A stretch of 64,000 nucleotides of DNA, taken from contig OZ116707.1 in assembly GCA_964199315.1 (NCBI GenBank), positions 5,456,001-5,520,000 on the forward strand. Reading direction: 5' to 3'. Positions 12,387-25,082 of the stretch are shown here, one piece after another (positions within the stretch are counted from its first letter, which is position 1; every line of letters starts with the position of its first letter). The position numbers were made by a program, and so were the translations under genes. The DNA comes from Orbicella franksi. Its lineage: Eukaryota. Under the pieces are notes generated by a model. The model was given only the letters and a program-made list of their open reading frames with translations. It was not told the DNA's origin and did not search any database.

Positions 12387-15211
12387 TTAATCTCGTCGTT
12401 CCTGGCCATCACGCTTTTTCCTTTGCAAAAATTTGTCGAAAGCAATAACACATTTCCTCCACACTAAGTCCTCTTGTACTGGGGTACATGGATACAGTTT
12501 TAGAACATACTTTTTTACAATATCTATTTTCGCAGCATTCAGCTGCCCCTTTCCCCGAGTCCCAGTACAGTTACGGTTAATTAACTCCTCCGGCTTAAAG
12601 ATAATGCTTAAAAACTTACCGGTGAAATTTCCCACACGACAACTTGAATGCTTCAAAAGTAATGCCTCCCCCATAAATATTTTATCCTCCTCCCCCAACG
12701 ACTGTTCCCGTGAAACATTACCAATTTCCTTATCACCCTCTTCCAAAGCGCTTGCCCGTTCCATAACATTTGAAATGTCCCCTAAAATGCGATTTCCTCC
12801 ACTTCCCCGTGAAACAACATTTTCCGTGGATCCCTGACCAAACCTTCCCATAACATTTGAAATATCCTGCAAACAGAAGTACCTGACATTCATCCTATCA
12901 AAATCAGTAAAATAGAACTATAAGAAAAAAAGGACCGGGAAGCTTCTCTAAAAGTGAACATTTCAAATTTTGTTAACAAGGTTGTTGACTTTGAAAACTT
13001 CAGGTTATACCACATGTAACCGCTGTCGCAAAACATTTGCAATCTCAATAGAAGATACAATATATACATTTCATTGCGGATCTTAGTGGAGTGATACCAA
13101 ACCGTCCAAGCATTGACATCTCAATTTGCTTAATTATCAATGTTTACTTTGTCAAGTTACCTCGTTGCCGGCATCCTTCTCCCCACTCACATTGTTGTTA
13201 GTGTTACACAATGCAGGTAGCACGGTTTCGGACTGTTCTTTCTCCGGCTCTACAGGTGCTACCATCAGAAGTACCTGACATTCATCCTATCAAACCCAAT
13301 AAAATAGAAATATAAGAAAACAAAAATGACCGGGAAGCTACTCTAAATCTGTGTTATTCGCGAATAGTTACATTGTTAACTTCAAAACTCTTCGGGCTAT
13401 GCTATGCTATCTCCCTAGAAAATGTTGACTCTAAAAACCATTGAAATTTCAAGTTACCTTCTTTCCTCCATTTTTCTTTTTCCCAGTATCCTTCTTCCCA
13501 GCCCCTCTCTTCATCATATTCACATCCTTTTCCTGAAGTGAAGAAATAAAGTATTGTTGACCTGGCATTACATACAGGTAAAAACTTATTCTGTGATGTC
13601 AATTAGTAGTTGACATGAATTGCTTGTAACTTCATCATTCCAATTACCTTACTATCTATTGCTTTTGGCCCACTAAAAAATAATTCTGTTGGCCTCCTAA
13701 TGCTCCTGTGGTAAAAATCAATATCTCTTCGCCCCAAAACTACGAAACCAGTCCTTACTGTATAGGCAGTAATTTAAGGCAAAATTTATATGACCGGTGT
13801 TACCAAGTGCAAGCGAACGCGACTAGAAGCTGCATTAGTTAATAATCAGAACTACATGTAACATAAGTTCAAAATAAAAAAAAAAGCAAAAAATTCACAA
13901 AAGTTAACTTCTGTGTGGAGCGCAGTAACTTTTGTATGGAGCGAAGTGACTTTTTTATCGAGTCTAAATGTATTTAATTTATTGCGCGTGTAGTTGCACA
14001 AGACTTCTTTTAATGGAGACTGTATTGTTTTTTTGCCACACATACCCACGCGTAAAGTGTGAACTTATGTTAATTCAAGGTGAGGCTTTTTTTTCGGCAC
14101 AACGCTTCAACCTTTCAAAGACTTGTTCATTTGAAAATTCGGACCTCAACTATTTGTGTTATCTTAAAAGATTCTACATTGTCGAGCTCAATCGAATTGA
14201 TTTCGATTTCCTAACGTTCGATTGACTATGACCGGTGTTACCAAGTGCGACCGAACGCAACTAGAAGCTGGATTATTTAATAATCAGAACTACATGTAAC
14301 ATAAGTTCAAAATAACAAAAAGCAAAACATTCACAGCAAAGTTAACTTCTGCGTGGAGCGCAGTAACTTTTGTATGGAGCGAAGTGACTTCGATTATGGA
14401 GTGAACTGACTTTTGGTTGGGGCGAAGTGACCGTAATTCGTTACGCTGGTAACAATCATTACTTAAACCAACGTTAAAACCTGAATGTTCTAATTACCCA
14501 AATGACTATTACGTTACAATCATAGTAACCAACGTTCTGCGCGCTCGAAAACCCTGAACATTCTAATTACGCTACAAGCATCATATCAGAAGGACAGATC
14601 TCGACTTACCTTACGTGGCTTCTTTCTCAGTTGTGCCTGGTTTTCCTTATCGTCGCCTCTAAGGTACTCCTGAGAAAAGGCCAGATCCTTCTTGTGCAAG
14701 ACTTGATAATGATCTACCAAGGAAAATCAAGCGGTTACAAAAATTTAGTTGATTATCAACTTGTACTTGATAAAGGTAAATTTTACTGCTGTAACGAATT
14801 TGATGAAAAGCTGGCGTTTTCAACTTGTCCGCCAACACAGCACCTGAGTTTCTTTAGTCACTAATCACTTTGTTGGTTACAAAAGTTGCCGTGAGTTCAA
14901 CGACATTTCACGAAGGTGAGTTGATAAGCTTACAAAAAGTTAACGCAATTATTACATCTGTACTTACCACTTAATGCAACTATTTTAGCGGGAACATGCT
15001 CCCCCTGCCAGTTAATGGTGACGTCCACGCCAACTGCAGCTGCTCTCTTTTCCAAAATCAAGAGTGTAGGAGTAATGCCAGTCTTACCCTCTTCGGGGAA
15101 AAAACAGTGCCTTTGAAGGTAATTGTGTCTCGCGACATAATTTTCTGGCAGCCATTTTCTTGTTAGTGTTTTTCTCTTAACAATGCACATGACGATTGTC
15201 AGAGTAATCAA
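12387..15211 (-). pseudogene. Multi-exon BEN-domain protein gene (cargo of the Tc1-like element)
   Basis: Last exon 12866-12387 encodes IFKPEELINRNCTG.RGKGQLNAAKIDIVKKYV...YP...WRKCVIAFDKFLQR (BEN-like pattern). Candidate upstream exons 15211-14968 and 14713-14610 have GTAAGT donors; the second contains a stop/frameshift. Confidence 0.65.
13789..14400. repeat. Direct repeat of ~170 bp (about 13789-13955 and 14227-14390)
   Basis: TATGACCGGTGTTACCAAGTGC...GGAGCGCAGTAACTTTTGTATGGAGCGAAGTGACTT occurs twice. Confidence 0.8.
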
Positions 15212-15487
15212 ATTACTATGGTGTTTTTAAAAACGCAGGGGTGCTTTTATAGTGTGTGTAACAAGTCCTTTGTTTAAAAACGGATCCAAATTCCTTGTCA
15301 TTGATTGGCTACTGAGTATTTAAATTTTTCATTGTTAATGGTGGATCCAAATTTCCTGATGCTCATTGGCTTTTTAAAATGTATTGAAATTTTATTGATA
15401 CCTAACTGGCTAGTTATGTTTTTCTTGTTAAAATGTATTGAATGACAGTTGCATCTCACTCAACAGTAAGAGCATTCCTTTCAATCA

Positions 15488-16163
15488 CGGGTTGCTTGAC
15501 AAATAAACAAAAAGCAAAAATTGTCAGGCTTCGAGAACAAAATAGAAATATTAGTCAAATTGTGAAAATTCTTGGCGATGATGACTGCCAAATAAGTCAT
15601 CTCAGTGTGAGGTGCTTTTTAGAACGTTTCCAAGAAAGGCAGTCATTTTCGAATGCCCCTCTACCAGGTCGTCTAAATGAAAATGTCACGCCAGAAGTAT
15701 TGAACTTTATTGATGCTGAAATGGAGAAGAATGACGAACTCACAGCACCAAAGCTTGGCAAAAAGCTCCAGGAACAGTTCGGCGTCAACTTCTCTGAGAG
15801 CAAGGTGAAGAGGCTGAGGGAGAAGCTTGAGTGGGTTCAGACTGGCACGAAATACTGCCAGCTGATACACGAGACGAACCGCGCCAAACGACTGGAGTTC
15901 TGTCTGAAGTGTGTGGAAGACAACGAGCAGTTCGATGATGTCATCTTCACAGATGAATGTTCTGTTCATATGGAAAAGCACACCAAGCTATGCTTCCGTC
16001 GCAGGTGGGAGCAGCCGAAGCTGAAAGGATGAGCCAAGCATCCTTTCAAAGTACACATCTGGGCGAGTATCTCGAAAAGAGGACCGACTAGAGTGGGAAC
16101 ATGGATGCGACGTTTTATGTCAACGAAATCTTGGAAAATTCCCTTCTGCCCTTCACCCAGAAT
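15488..16163 (+). pseudogene. Tc1-family transposase, internally deleted and C-terminally truncated
   Basis: HTH N-terminus (KQKAKIVRLREQNRNISQIVK), KRLEFC...DDVIFTDEC, stop at 16030-32, then KHPFKVHIWASISKRG and MDATFYVNEILENSLLPF. The DDxE C-terminal half is missing. Confidence 0.85.
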
Positions 16164-16306
16164 TTAAAGTTTATTTCAAAAAGTTGAAGCGCATATTGTT
16201 GACATTCGCAATTACGGTCGCATCCCTAGCAACACATGATAAGTTTTCATTTGGAGTACCTAGAAGAAACGTTTGCCTGTAAACTGTGAATAAAAAATCA
16301 GTCGAG

Positions 16307-17095
16307 TTTTCATGATCAAAGCATGGTTTAGCATGTTTACGAGTATGAATAAAAAGTTAGTCGAGGTTTCATGATCAAAGCGTAGTTTAGCATTTTTATG
16401 AGTATGAATAAAAAGTTAGTCGAGGTTTCATGATCAAAGCGTGGTTTAACATGTTTACGAGTATGAATAAAAAGTTAGTCGAGGTTTCATGATCAAAGAG
16501 TGGTTTAACATGTTTACGAGTATGAATAAAAAGTTAGTCAAGGTTTCGTGATCAAAGTGTGGTTTAGCATGTTAACGAGTATGAATAAAAAGTTAGTCAA
16601 GGTTTCATTATCAAAGCGTGGTTTAGCATGTTCACGAGTATGAATAAAATGGTAATGGAGGTTTCATGTTCAAAGTGTGGTCTAGCATGTTCACAAGTTT
16701 GAAAAAATGGCAATTGAGGTTTCATGATTAAAGCGTGGTGTTGCATGTTCACAAGTTTGAATAAAATGTTAGAGGTTTGACGTGGCAAAAAGCGTGTGAA
16801 CACAAATGTGGATAAAAAGTTGGTCGAGGCTCAGTGATTAAAGTGTGTGTTCAAAAGGTAGTCGAGATTCCTTATGTTTACAAAGCGTGTGTTCTCAAGC
16901 GTACACAAGTATGAATAAAAAGTTAGTCAACTCGGATTTCATGTGCAAAGCGAGCGTTCACAAGTTTGAATAAATTAGTTATTCGTATGTAAAGTGAAGT
17001 GAAGTGTGATCAAAGCGTGGCGTGCTCACAACTTTTGAATAAAAAGTTCGAGGCTTATGTGCAAAGTGTGTGTTTGCAAGTTTGAATATTAAATT
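16307..17095. repeat. Minisatellite, ~59-bp unit, ~8 good copies then degenerate
   Basis: Unit TTTCATGATCAAAGCGTGGTTTAGCATGTTTACGAGTATGAATAAAAAGTTAGTCGAGG repeated in tandem, decaying rightwards. Confidence 0.9.
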
Positions 17096-20000
17096 ATTTT
17101 ACAGAACACTTAGCGTCGTTTCGTATGTTCGCAATCTTTGGATAAAAAGTTCGTCGAGTTTCCCGACAAATCAGTTGGGAGCAATAGTTGGCAAAACAGG
17201 TTGCACTGCTGTATTGACATAGTGATCGCAATCGCAGCTTCAACTTCCAACACGTAGATCAGGTGACAAAATTCCACGTTTCATGAACACTACATTTTGA
17301 TTATCAACTGTATGAATCACGTTTAGGGTTGCGAACAAACTTTTTTTTTAAGATCTATACAAACAAGAGAATTAATACAACTGTAAAACATATTTGTAAA
17401 CACGAGTGACTAACTTGCCACCGATTCACATACCTTCGACTTTTATCGTGCATGTATTTACAAAAACTAAACGTCAAGCAAGTCTGGCTGTAATGCAAAA
17501 AGGTTTGGCCGATGTTTATGAAACAATACGGGACGCTTGAGAATTTATAATACACACATGGTACACACGCATTGCTGATGAGAATGAAAATCGTGTCTAC
17601 CGTGCTAATCGATACGATACAGACGTCTTATTAACAAAACAGGTTTCGAATACCGACAAATGCATAGCATTGGTACTTCCAGTGCACTCGCGAGAAACAA
17701 GACTTATCTCATTTCTCTCGAGACTCATCTCGTTTCTCTCGAGACGAGTCTCGCGAGAAACGAGATGCGTCTCGCGAGACGGTGGTAACTTACTTTTGAG
17801 CGGTACTGTACCTGACATGACCAAGCATGAGCTTTTGTATGCATCACTGACAATGCTGGTTTCATTTTCTGGGCAGTTCCTGGGTCATTCTTTTTTAGCC
17901 AAGGCCAGTATTTACAAATGACATTGTACCAAAAAAAATCAATTTTTTGGGAATATAGTAGTTGACTTGAAGATAGTGTGCATAGCCATAAGCCTCCCTA
18001 TACATCATGTTGATGGCATGCTGTGCCAATCCGTGCCTGCATCCTGATATCTCCAGGCCTGTCTCAGACAGATTTCTCCTCTTCTTTATTGTGTTTCTTG
18101 CTGCACACCAGTTTGATTCACCACACTTTGCATGCTCATCTGTTTTCTAAATTGAAATTCACATAAGCTTCAAATTTATTAAATATCAGACTAGATTTTT
18201 TTGGAGTCTGATAGAGTATGTCACATTGAATCAAACTAAACCTAAGTTATAAAAAATAAACACCTAGACATCTACACGATACTTATAAAGTGCCTTTCAC
18301 TGTTGCTACCAAAACATTTCAATAATGCATCCAGAAAATAGTCCATCAGTACAATTATTGTAGACTCCATTTAAATTATAATATTATGGCTTATTTAAAT
18401 ATTCAAGTGCAGGCAATGGCAGCACTTCCAGCCAGTGTTGTAAACATTAAGAATGTAAATGAATCATTAAAAACACATTTAAAGTAAATTTAGACTGATA
18501 ACTACTTATACTGTAAAGGGGACAGTGCAGACATTAAATAGGCTACATTAGATATACAATTGCTTTCCACAGGTGAGCACTGAAATCATTCTAGGATACT
18601 CTATTGAAAGGGCCATTAAATCCACACAAACCCAGACACCTACATGTGTCTAACATTACATGAAAATGTTGTAGTTAAAAATTAAATTCAGGTAAAAATT
18701 AAATTCCTTTGTCTTTTAACCCTTATTAGGGTTAGAAGACAAAGGAAATTGAGAATCAAACTAGGTTAAAATCACTTTAACCTGAATTTAATTTTTAACT
18801 ACAACAAACATGCTTTTTCACTAGTACTGTATTTGTACAAGTACTGTCTGTCTTTCTGATAAAATAGCTATAGCATGGTACCACACTGCAATATTATCTA
18901 CAGCATGCCAATTATTTTGGAGTAATTGGGAATCTAGTATCATACATTTTAAGTTGGCTTCTTTGAAATGTGTACAGGCAGAATGATACATGTTTAATAG
19001 AGCTCTTACCCTTTGCTTAACACCTTGATAGACCTCATGTATATGGTTGTCAACTTTCTCATTTGAAACGACAAATGCCTCTCCGTAGTAACAGTCTTTT
19101 TTTCTTCTAAATAAAGGTGTCATAAAAAATAATATTACAACTATTAATTATTGTTATAATAATTACTTAGCCAAAGAAAATAGTTGCCAATTGGTGCTTA
19201 ATGAAAGCACTGTTCACTGACCTTTATGTTAAAAAAAATATGAATCAAAAATAAACATTCTTTGTTATTGGGGCAAAATTAATTACAAAACTTACATTCC
19301 AGCAGATTTAAATCTGTAGAGTTTCATGTTGCCATCAACATGCACAGAATGTTGGTGATCACTACATGATGGGCATTCCATCCGGTCAATCTGTCGTAAT
19401 TTGTCTAGTTCAAATTGACAGTACTTCCATTCTTTAAAGGATGTTCCAAATGTTGTGGCATTAATTGTTGCGACCTGGAAAGAATATTCAAGCTATCATG
19501 TTATGAAATGTCACAACCTCTTTAGTTATGATCTCTATGCAATCCACAAATGTTATCTTTCAAACAACAGGTAAGAAAAAGAAAATGAGTTTTTAATCAT
19601 CAAGTTTTTTTTTCCTTGTGTCAACAACAAAGCTTTTAACTAAATGATCATTTAGTGCAAGCCCACTTTTAAGAGAGAATTAATATTTGTTGGTATGTTG
19701 AGAGCTTCTTAATTAAAAGCAAATGTAGGAATCTTAAAATACATCTGGCACTCAGGACTGCAGAAATAGACATCACCAAGCTGAACTGCTGTCCTCAGAT
19801 CCCACTAGGAGGCAGAACAAAGAAAACCTTTTAAACACTGGCTAACAGCCTGTCAGCAATAACATTACTACATAGTGCAGCCCGAATATAAAGTTCACTT
19901 TGCTGGTATTAACAATAAGCTATTAAATTGTTGCAGCATTATACACCATATACAACCTATCAGCAACATACAAGAACTAATTAACAACCACATTTCTAAT

Positions 20001-22086
20001 GACTGATAGTCTTCAATCTTGGTACTCACACGTCCTTTTCTCTTTGAAAAGAGTTCAAGTGACTTGAGAAATGAGTGCTCAGACACTCCAGGAATCTGCT
20101 TCTGAAGAAGATCCCAGTAAAGGAAAAGGTCTTGATTAAAGACATATGTCATATCTCTGATACTTCCTGGCCAAAACCCTGACTGTGTTACAACCACTGG
20201 TTCAGAAGTGCAAATGAGTTTATTACATTTGAGACATTGATATCTCTGGTGATTTATGTCAAACCGTCCTGAAATTTGACATACAAGTGTGTAATTAGGT
20301 AAGAAGGACAAACTGATTGTAACATCTGAAGAAGCCAATAACAGGCTTGATTAAAATTTAGAAAATGCAGCAAAAAATTAAATGCTAATATGTTACAGAA
20401 ATAGAATATGTTTAGGTTTTTTTACAGGAAGTAAATTCATACAAGCCTATTACTACCTTGAAGAGTAACAATGATGCAGTGACTTTCTGTCAAAATTTCT
20501 TGAGGTTTGCAAAGGCCATTGCAGATCATACAATGAAGCTCTGAAATTGGCAGACTTCTCACTGATAAAGAACAAAATAAATTAAGGTAAGCATTTTACA
20601 AATGCTAAATGATTCCTCTGCTATGCTGAAATACAAAACATAAATAAATAAAAATTAAGACAACTTAGGCAAGGACACTGCTAAGATTTTACACTATTTG
20701 TTAATAAATTTAAACAACCAAAAAAAATGATGTCAATGTTTGTAAACAGGAAGTGTAAAAAGATTTATAATTTATATTTTGTGTTGTTTCTTTATGCTAA
20801 TATATGTTTATGGTTTACATGTGACAAAATTACTATTCTAAGTAGACTTTCACTGCCATTTTAAATAGATAACACACACATAAATGTAACCAAATAAAAG
20901 ATTAATTACCTACTATTTCCCATTCGCCATTACTGCCCAATGATGTTGTAACAGGGATGGGCAAATACTGCCCATTAACTATGGCATTTCTGTCATGAAA
21001 TGGCCTTGTTCCATGAACAGTCTTATCGCAACCCTGACACAGATGTCTTGCACTGGAACACATGTCACATTTCACCACTGCAGCTTTAACCATACACCTG
21101 TTGCACAAAACATCCTCAGGAACAACAAAAGTGGACTGCAATAGGGCTTTGAAAAGATATGACCGATGCTCTTCCCAGCTTTCATTTAAAGCAGCCTGCC
21201 TTTCTGACCATTTCTGCCTCCTGGGTGGGTCACTTTCTTGCAATCTTGCCAGAAGTTCTTGCGATTCTAACAATATATCTTTCATTTCTCCTTTAAAAAA
21301 AAAACATTGAGAGTAAAAACAACAGTAACAATTTTTTTAACAATACATTTATTATTAGTATTCTTATGTAATATGCAATCACTACAATGTAACAGCGGTT
21401 CTAATATCATTGATTTAAGGCAACATGACCTTCACACCATGATTTGATTGTGAAGGCTAAAGCTATGATATTATGGGTTTTCTAGGCTGGAGTCTTCGAT
21501 ATGAATAATGTCAACGTTAAAATTGCTCCAAAAAAGCCCTAAGCTCTATTCAAAAAGATAATAGTTGCAACAAGGAACAAACCACTCATTGAATTGGATG
21601 AACACGTCGATGAATGTAAACTTTCACTTTCACAACAGCTCATGCCATCTGGAATGTCTGCATGAAGAAGAAAAGAGAGCTCATGAATCAAGAGCCAAGC
21701 AGAAATGTCTTTAAAGTACTAATAGATAGTCACTGATTGCAAAGCAAGAAGCTGCAACTGTACCATCACTTTCGAAACCAGGAGTCTCCGGAGCAAAACT
21801 GATCTCTTTTCGTCTTTTCTTGGGTTGCCCTTGGTATGTTCCTTTGTTATTGCGGAGTCCGTTAACAGGATCTCTCCCATATTCATAGTGGTGATCTTTG
21901 CGTCCTTTCTTCTTCGTCAAACCCAGCAATTCTTTTCCTCTGTCAAGTAGCTCAGCCATTGAGGGAAGCTTCCGTTTTCGATGACTCATTTTTAGGATAA
22001 TTTAAACTTAATAAATAATTGATTTAAAAGAGTTCGCAAGCAGCTTCCACCACTAAAAGCCTCCAAAGCCATTGCAATTTACCGAT

Positions 22087-22111
22087 ACTTACCGCCTCCG
22101 TCCGCCATATT
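22087..22111 (-). promoter_or_regulatory. YY1-like AATATGGCGG motif followed by a GTAAGT donor (probable short first exon of the KDZ gene) within a ~250-bp bidirectional intergenic region
   Basis: Reverse complement of CCGCCATATT at 22102-22111 and of ACTTAC at 22087-22092; lies between the divergent KDZ and P-like genes. Confidence 0.35.
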
Positions 22112-25082
22112 GGATAAAGCACAATCCACGGTCCCTCGTTTGTCACTACGCATGCCGGAATTGACCGGAGGATTACGATAACAATAATTTCAGAGTCAAA
22201 TAAGAAATCGCGCTAATCATAATTTTGGTCTCGAGATCATGTTGCTACAAGCAGACCAAGGTTGAGCTGTCCGGGCAACAATCTAACTTATTCAGGCAAT
22301 TGAAGGTTCAGAAGCAGGGAAGAGGGAGCTAAAGAAAATCACTGCAGAAGGGAATAAACATGAAGGCAAAGAAGGAATGAAGGCAGGCGACTGCATTAGT
22401 GGAGTGTGGGAGAAGGACAGAGAGAGTTTTTTCAAGGACCAACGAAACAATGGTATGAGTGTAAATTTTTTCTCATAAGTTTGTATTTATGTTGATTTTC
22501 TCTTTAATTAATAAGAACAATGTTAGTTAATATGTTGGGATAGACAGAATTGAACAGTTTCAAATACAGTACACTTTTAATATTTTTGCTATACTATACT
22601 AGTTGACAATTCAAGGGATCTATAAGCTTCAGTAGTTTTAAAGAACTATTAAAAAGTGACTAAAAAATTATGTTGTTATCAGGCAGACCATAATGGAAAA
22701 GTTTTAAAAGCAGTGGTCTATTTATAACCTGCAACATCTACCAGCCCCATGATATAACCTCTGCATAAAATTAAATGTGTGTTGTTAATTTTTTAGTGAC
22801 TGGCAAAAAGGGAAACAGATGGTCTTTGGCCACCATCAGAGTTGGTAAGTTTTTAAAAGTTTTATTTCATTCTTCTAACATCGTAAACCTGCGATGAGTA
22901 GACCTGACTAGACCAAGACAGCAATTTGCAAAAAACAAGAAAAGTAATTTAAAGATAGGGTTTTAATTTTCACTGTTCAAAGTTGATTACATAAACAGTA
23001 TCCTGATGATTTACTATATTTTTTGGAGCTCTAAGTTCTACAGTTTTGAAAAACATCTATATGCAGATTTGTCGGCAATGTTTGTCAAAGCATTTTTGTT
23101 GGGATGTGGAGCATTAAAAAGTAAAAATACTCATTTATCTGATTAAATGGAAATAATCTACTCTCAGCAACTATTTACCTATCCTTGCTCGTGCATACTT
23201 CTACATGTTTGACCACGGTCAAAGACCTGACACCCTATGCCATATGGTGTAACATAATGTGTTTTAACAATTTCTGTGATAGTAATTTTACTAATACAGA
23301 GTGTTGCAAGCTAACATGATCCTGAATTATGAAATTAATGCCTGGTTCCCAGTATTATGGTTTGTGATTTATTAACACATCACCACAAGGCTGATTTTAA
23401 TGTACATTGTAAATTTAAATTTAGTTTAATGCAGAGTGGTGTCCACAATTAGCTGTACTAAGCTGAATACTTCATTGGCTTTTGTTAATTAAACAGACAT
23501 GAGATTATCTGTTTTTTATTTGGTTTAAAGCTCTTGCGGTATACAACCGCTGTCCTTCTACCTATGATGCTTTGCGGGGACTAAGCATTCTTCAACTTCC
23601 CTGTACAAAGGTGCTAAAGAAAGTTCTGAAAGATGGTGCTGAGCAGCCTGGTATTGATCACCACTACTTTGAAAGTCAGCAGGAGAGGTTCCAGACCTAT
23701 CAAAGCCAACGAGAAAGTTGTGGCCATCCCCAGCCTCTTGGTATTGGAGTGTTGATGTGGGATGAGGTGAAGGTAGGACACAATATCATTAATCCTAATA
23801 AATTATGATGCTTCAAATATGAACTCAGAAAAGTCAAATGCTGTGCAAATATTCTTATGTGTTCGGGCTGGGTGACGTCGCTCTTATTTACTAGAGTACA
23901 CTACAGCCTGAACTGGGCCATTTTCAAATCACCTTGTACTTCTGTTTCAAAAAATACAAACTCTTCATGTGAAACCCTGAAATGAAAATAAGTTTTTCTC
24001 ATATTTATTTTTATGCAAATCAAATTCAATTTTTATTTAAATGGTTTCACATTGTAAAACACAGGCAAAAGGTAACTCAGAAAAACCTATTGTAATCACG
24101 ACTATAATGTTATATATTAATAGATCTTTTTTGGCAATATTTTGCTCTCAAGGTTCAAATGAAGGTAGCATGGAACCTTAAGGGTGGGGGAATAACGAGC
24201 TTCACCATGGCAGATGAGTTGCCTGTGTTGCACGATGTTTACTCATCATCCATCCAGAGTGGTTGCCATAAGACCAGCTACATTGTACAATTTCTTTGGA
24301 GGGACCTTACTTCAGGCTACAACATCATTGGGCCCTATTTTCCAGTTCCAAATTCAATGGATTCGAACACGTTGCAGGAATTCTTTCAGAAGTGTTTAAA
24401 AGCATTCAGTGCCTATGGTTTTAGGGTCTCCATAGTCCTGTGTGATGGTGCTTCTTCAAATCTGACCCTTCTTAAAATGCTGTGTGGATTACCCAGGGCA
24501 ATGCTGCCTGTCGCTGATGATGTGGAAGAATTGAGTGAAAAGTATAAAGTAAACATGTCTTTCACCAATCCTGAGGATCCGATTGGCAATCCGATATTTG
24601 CAATGATATGTCCAAGTCATCAGGTAATTATTAAGAATGTCGTAAACTTTTCAACATGCATATTTTAAATGTACCTGGGTCTTGCAAGAATGATCATAGT
24701 AATTTACACAAGCAGGGGCTCCTGTAAAGTTAAATTGGATAATACAATATTCTTTACAGTGCTGCGCACAGTACCATGAACACACTGACAGTTTTTTTGA
24801 CATTTTTATGACATATTTTTGACGAGTTGATACAGGTGGGATAGAATTCGGCGGGAAAACAAACATGACTAAAGCGCTGGACTTTTAAAAGCTCACGGTT
24901 GTGAAAGATATACTGAAATATTGATCAAGAGTTCTACAATGCTACACACTCACGTTCAAAGTGCTTGTAAGTTTTCCTTTTCTAAAATATTTGAACTTGC
25001 GTTTGCTTGACGATCCGTTTTTTTTCTTTCTACGACCTGACAGCTGTCTCGCAAATGAAATTATATTTTTATTATATTTTAC

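Larger units (their letters stand above)
10952..17808. mobile_element. 6.9-kb Tc1-like DNA transposon carrying a BEN-domain gene, inserted in a KDZ intron
   Basis: 28-bp TIR CAGTAC(T/C)GCTCAAAAGTAAGTTACCACC at 10952-10979 and (rc) 17781-17808. TA on both flanks (10950-51, 17809-10). Subterminal TCTCGCGAGA-type palindromic repeats at both ends; internal Tc1 transposase remnant. Confidence 0.8.
5795..21989 (-). pseudogene. KDZ (Kyakuja/Dileera/Zisupton-type) transposase with N-terminal Cys-cluster domains and C-terminal papain-like domain; 16 exons, decayed
   Basis: Phase-consistent GT-AG exons: 21989-21764, 21657-21583, 21290-20910, 20561-20457, 20268-20030, 19474-19296, 19106-19010, 18146-17812, 10245-10128, 9935-8828 (split by PLE), 8705-8585, 8339-8052, 7905-7738, 7640-7468, 7046-6979, 6754-5795. 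KDZ motifs: CPSC..VHVDGNMKLYR, ETGLEISGCRHG, WYNVICKYW, KPALSVMHTKAHAWSCQ|VLWGGRW, TTGEEVEHINS, RFQEEIKLLQKEM. Lesions: frameshifts ~17930 and ~7530; stops at 7888, 6226, 5854. Confidence 0.88.

Noticed and set aside
16307-17095. CRISPR-like 59-bp periodicity and ORF 16597-16803
   Set aside because: Simple minisatellite without spacers in a eukaryotic context.
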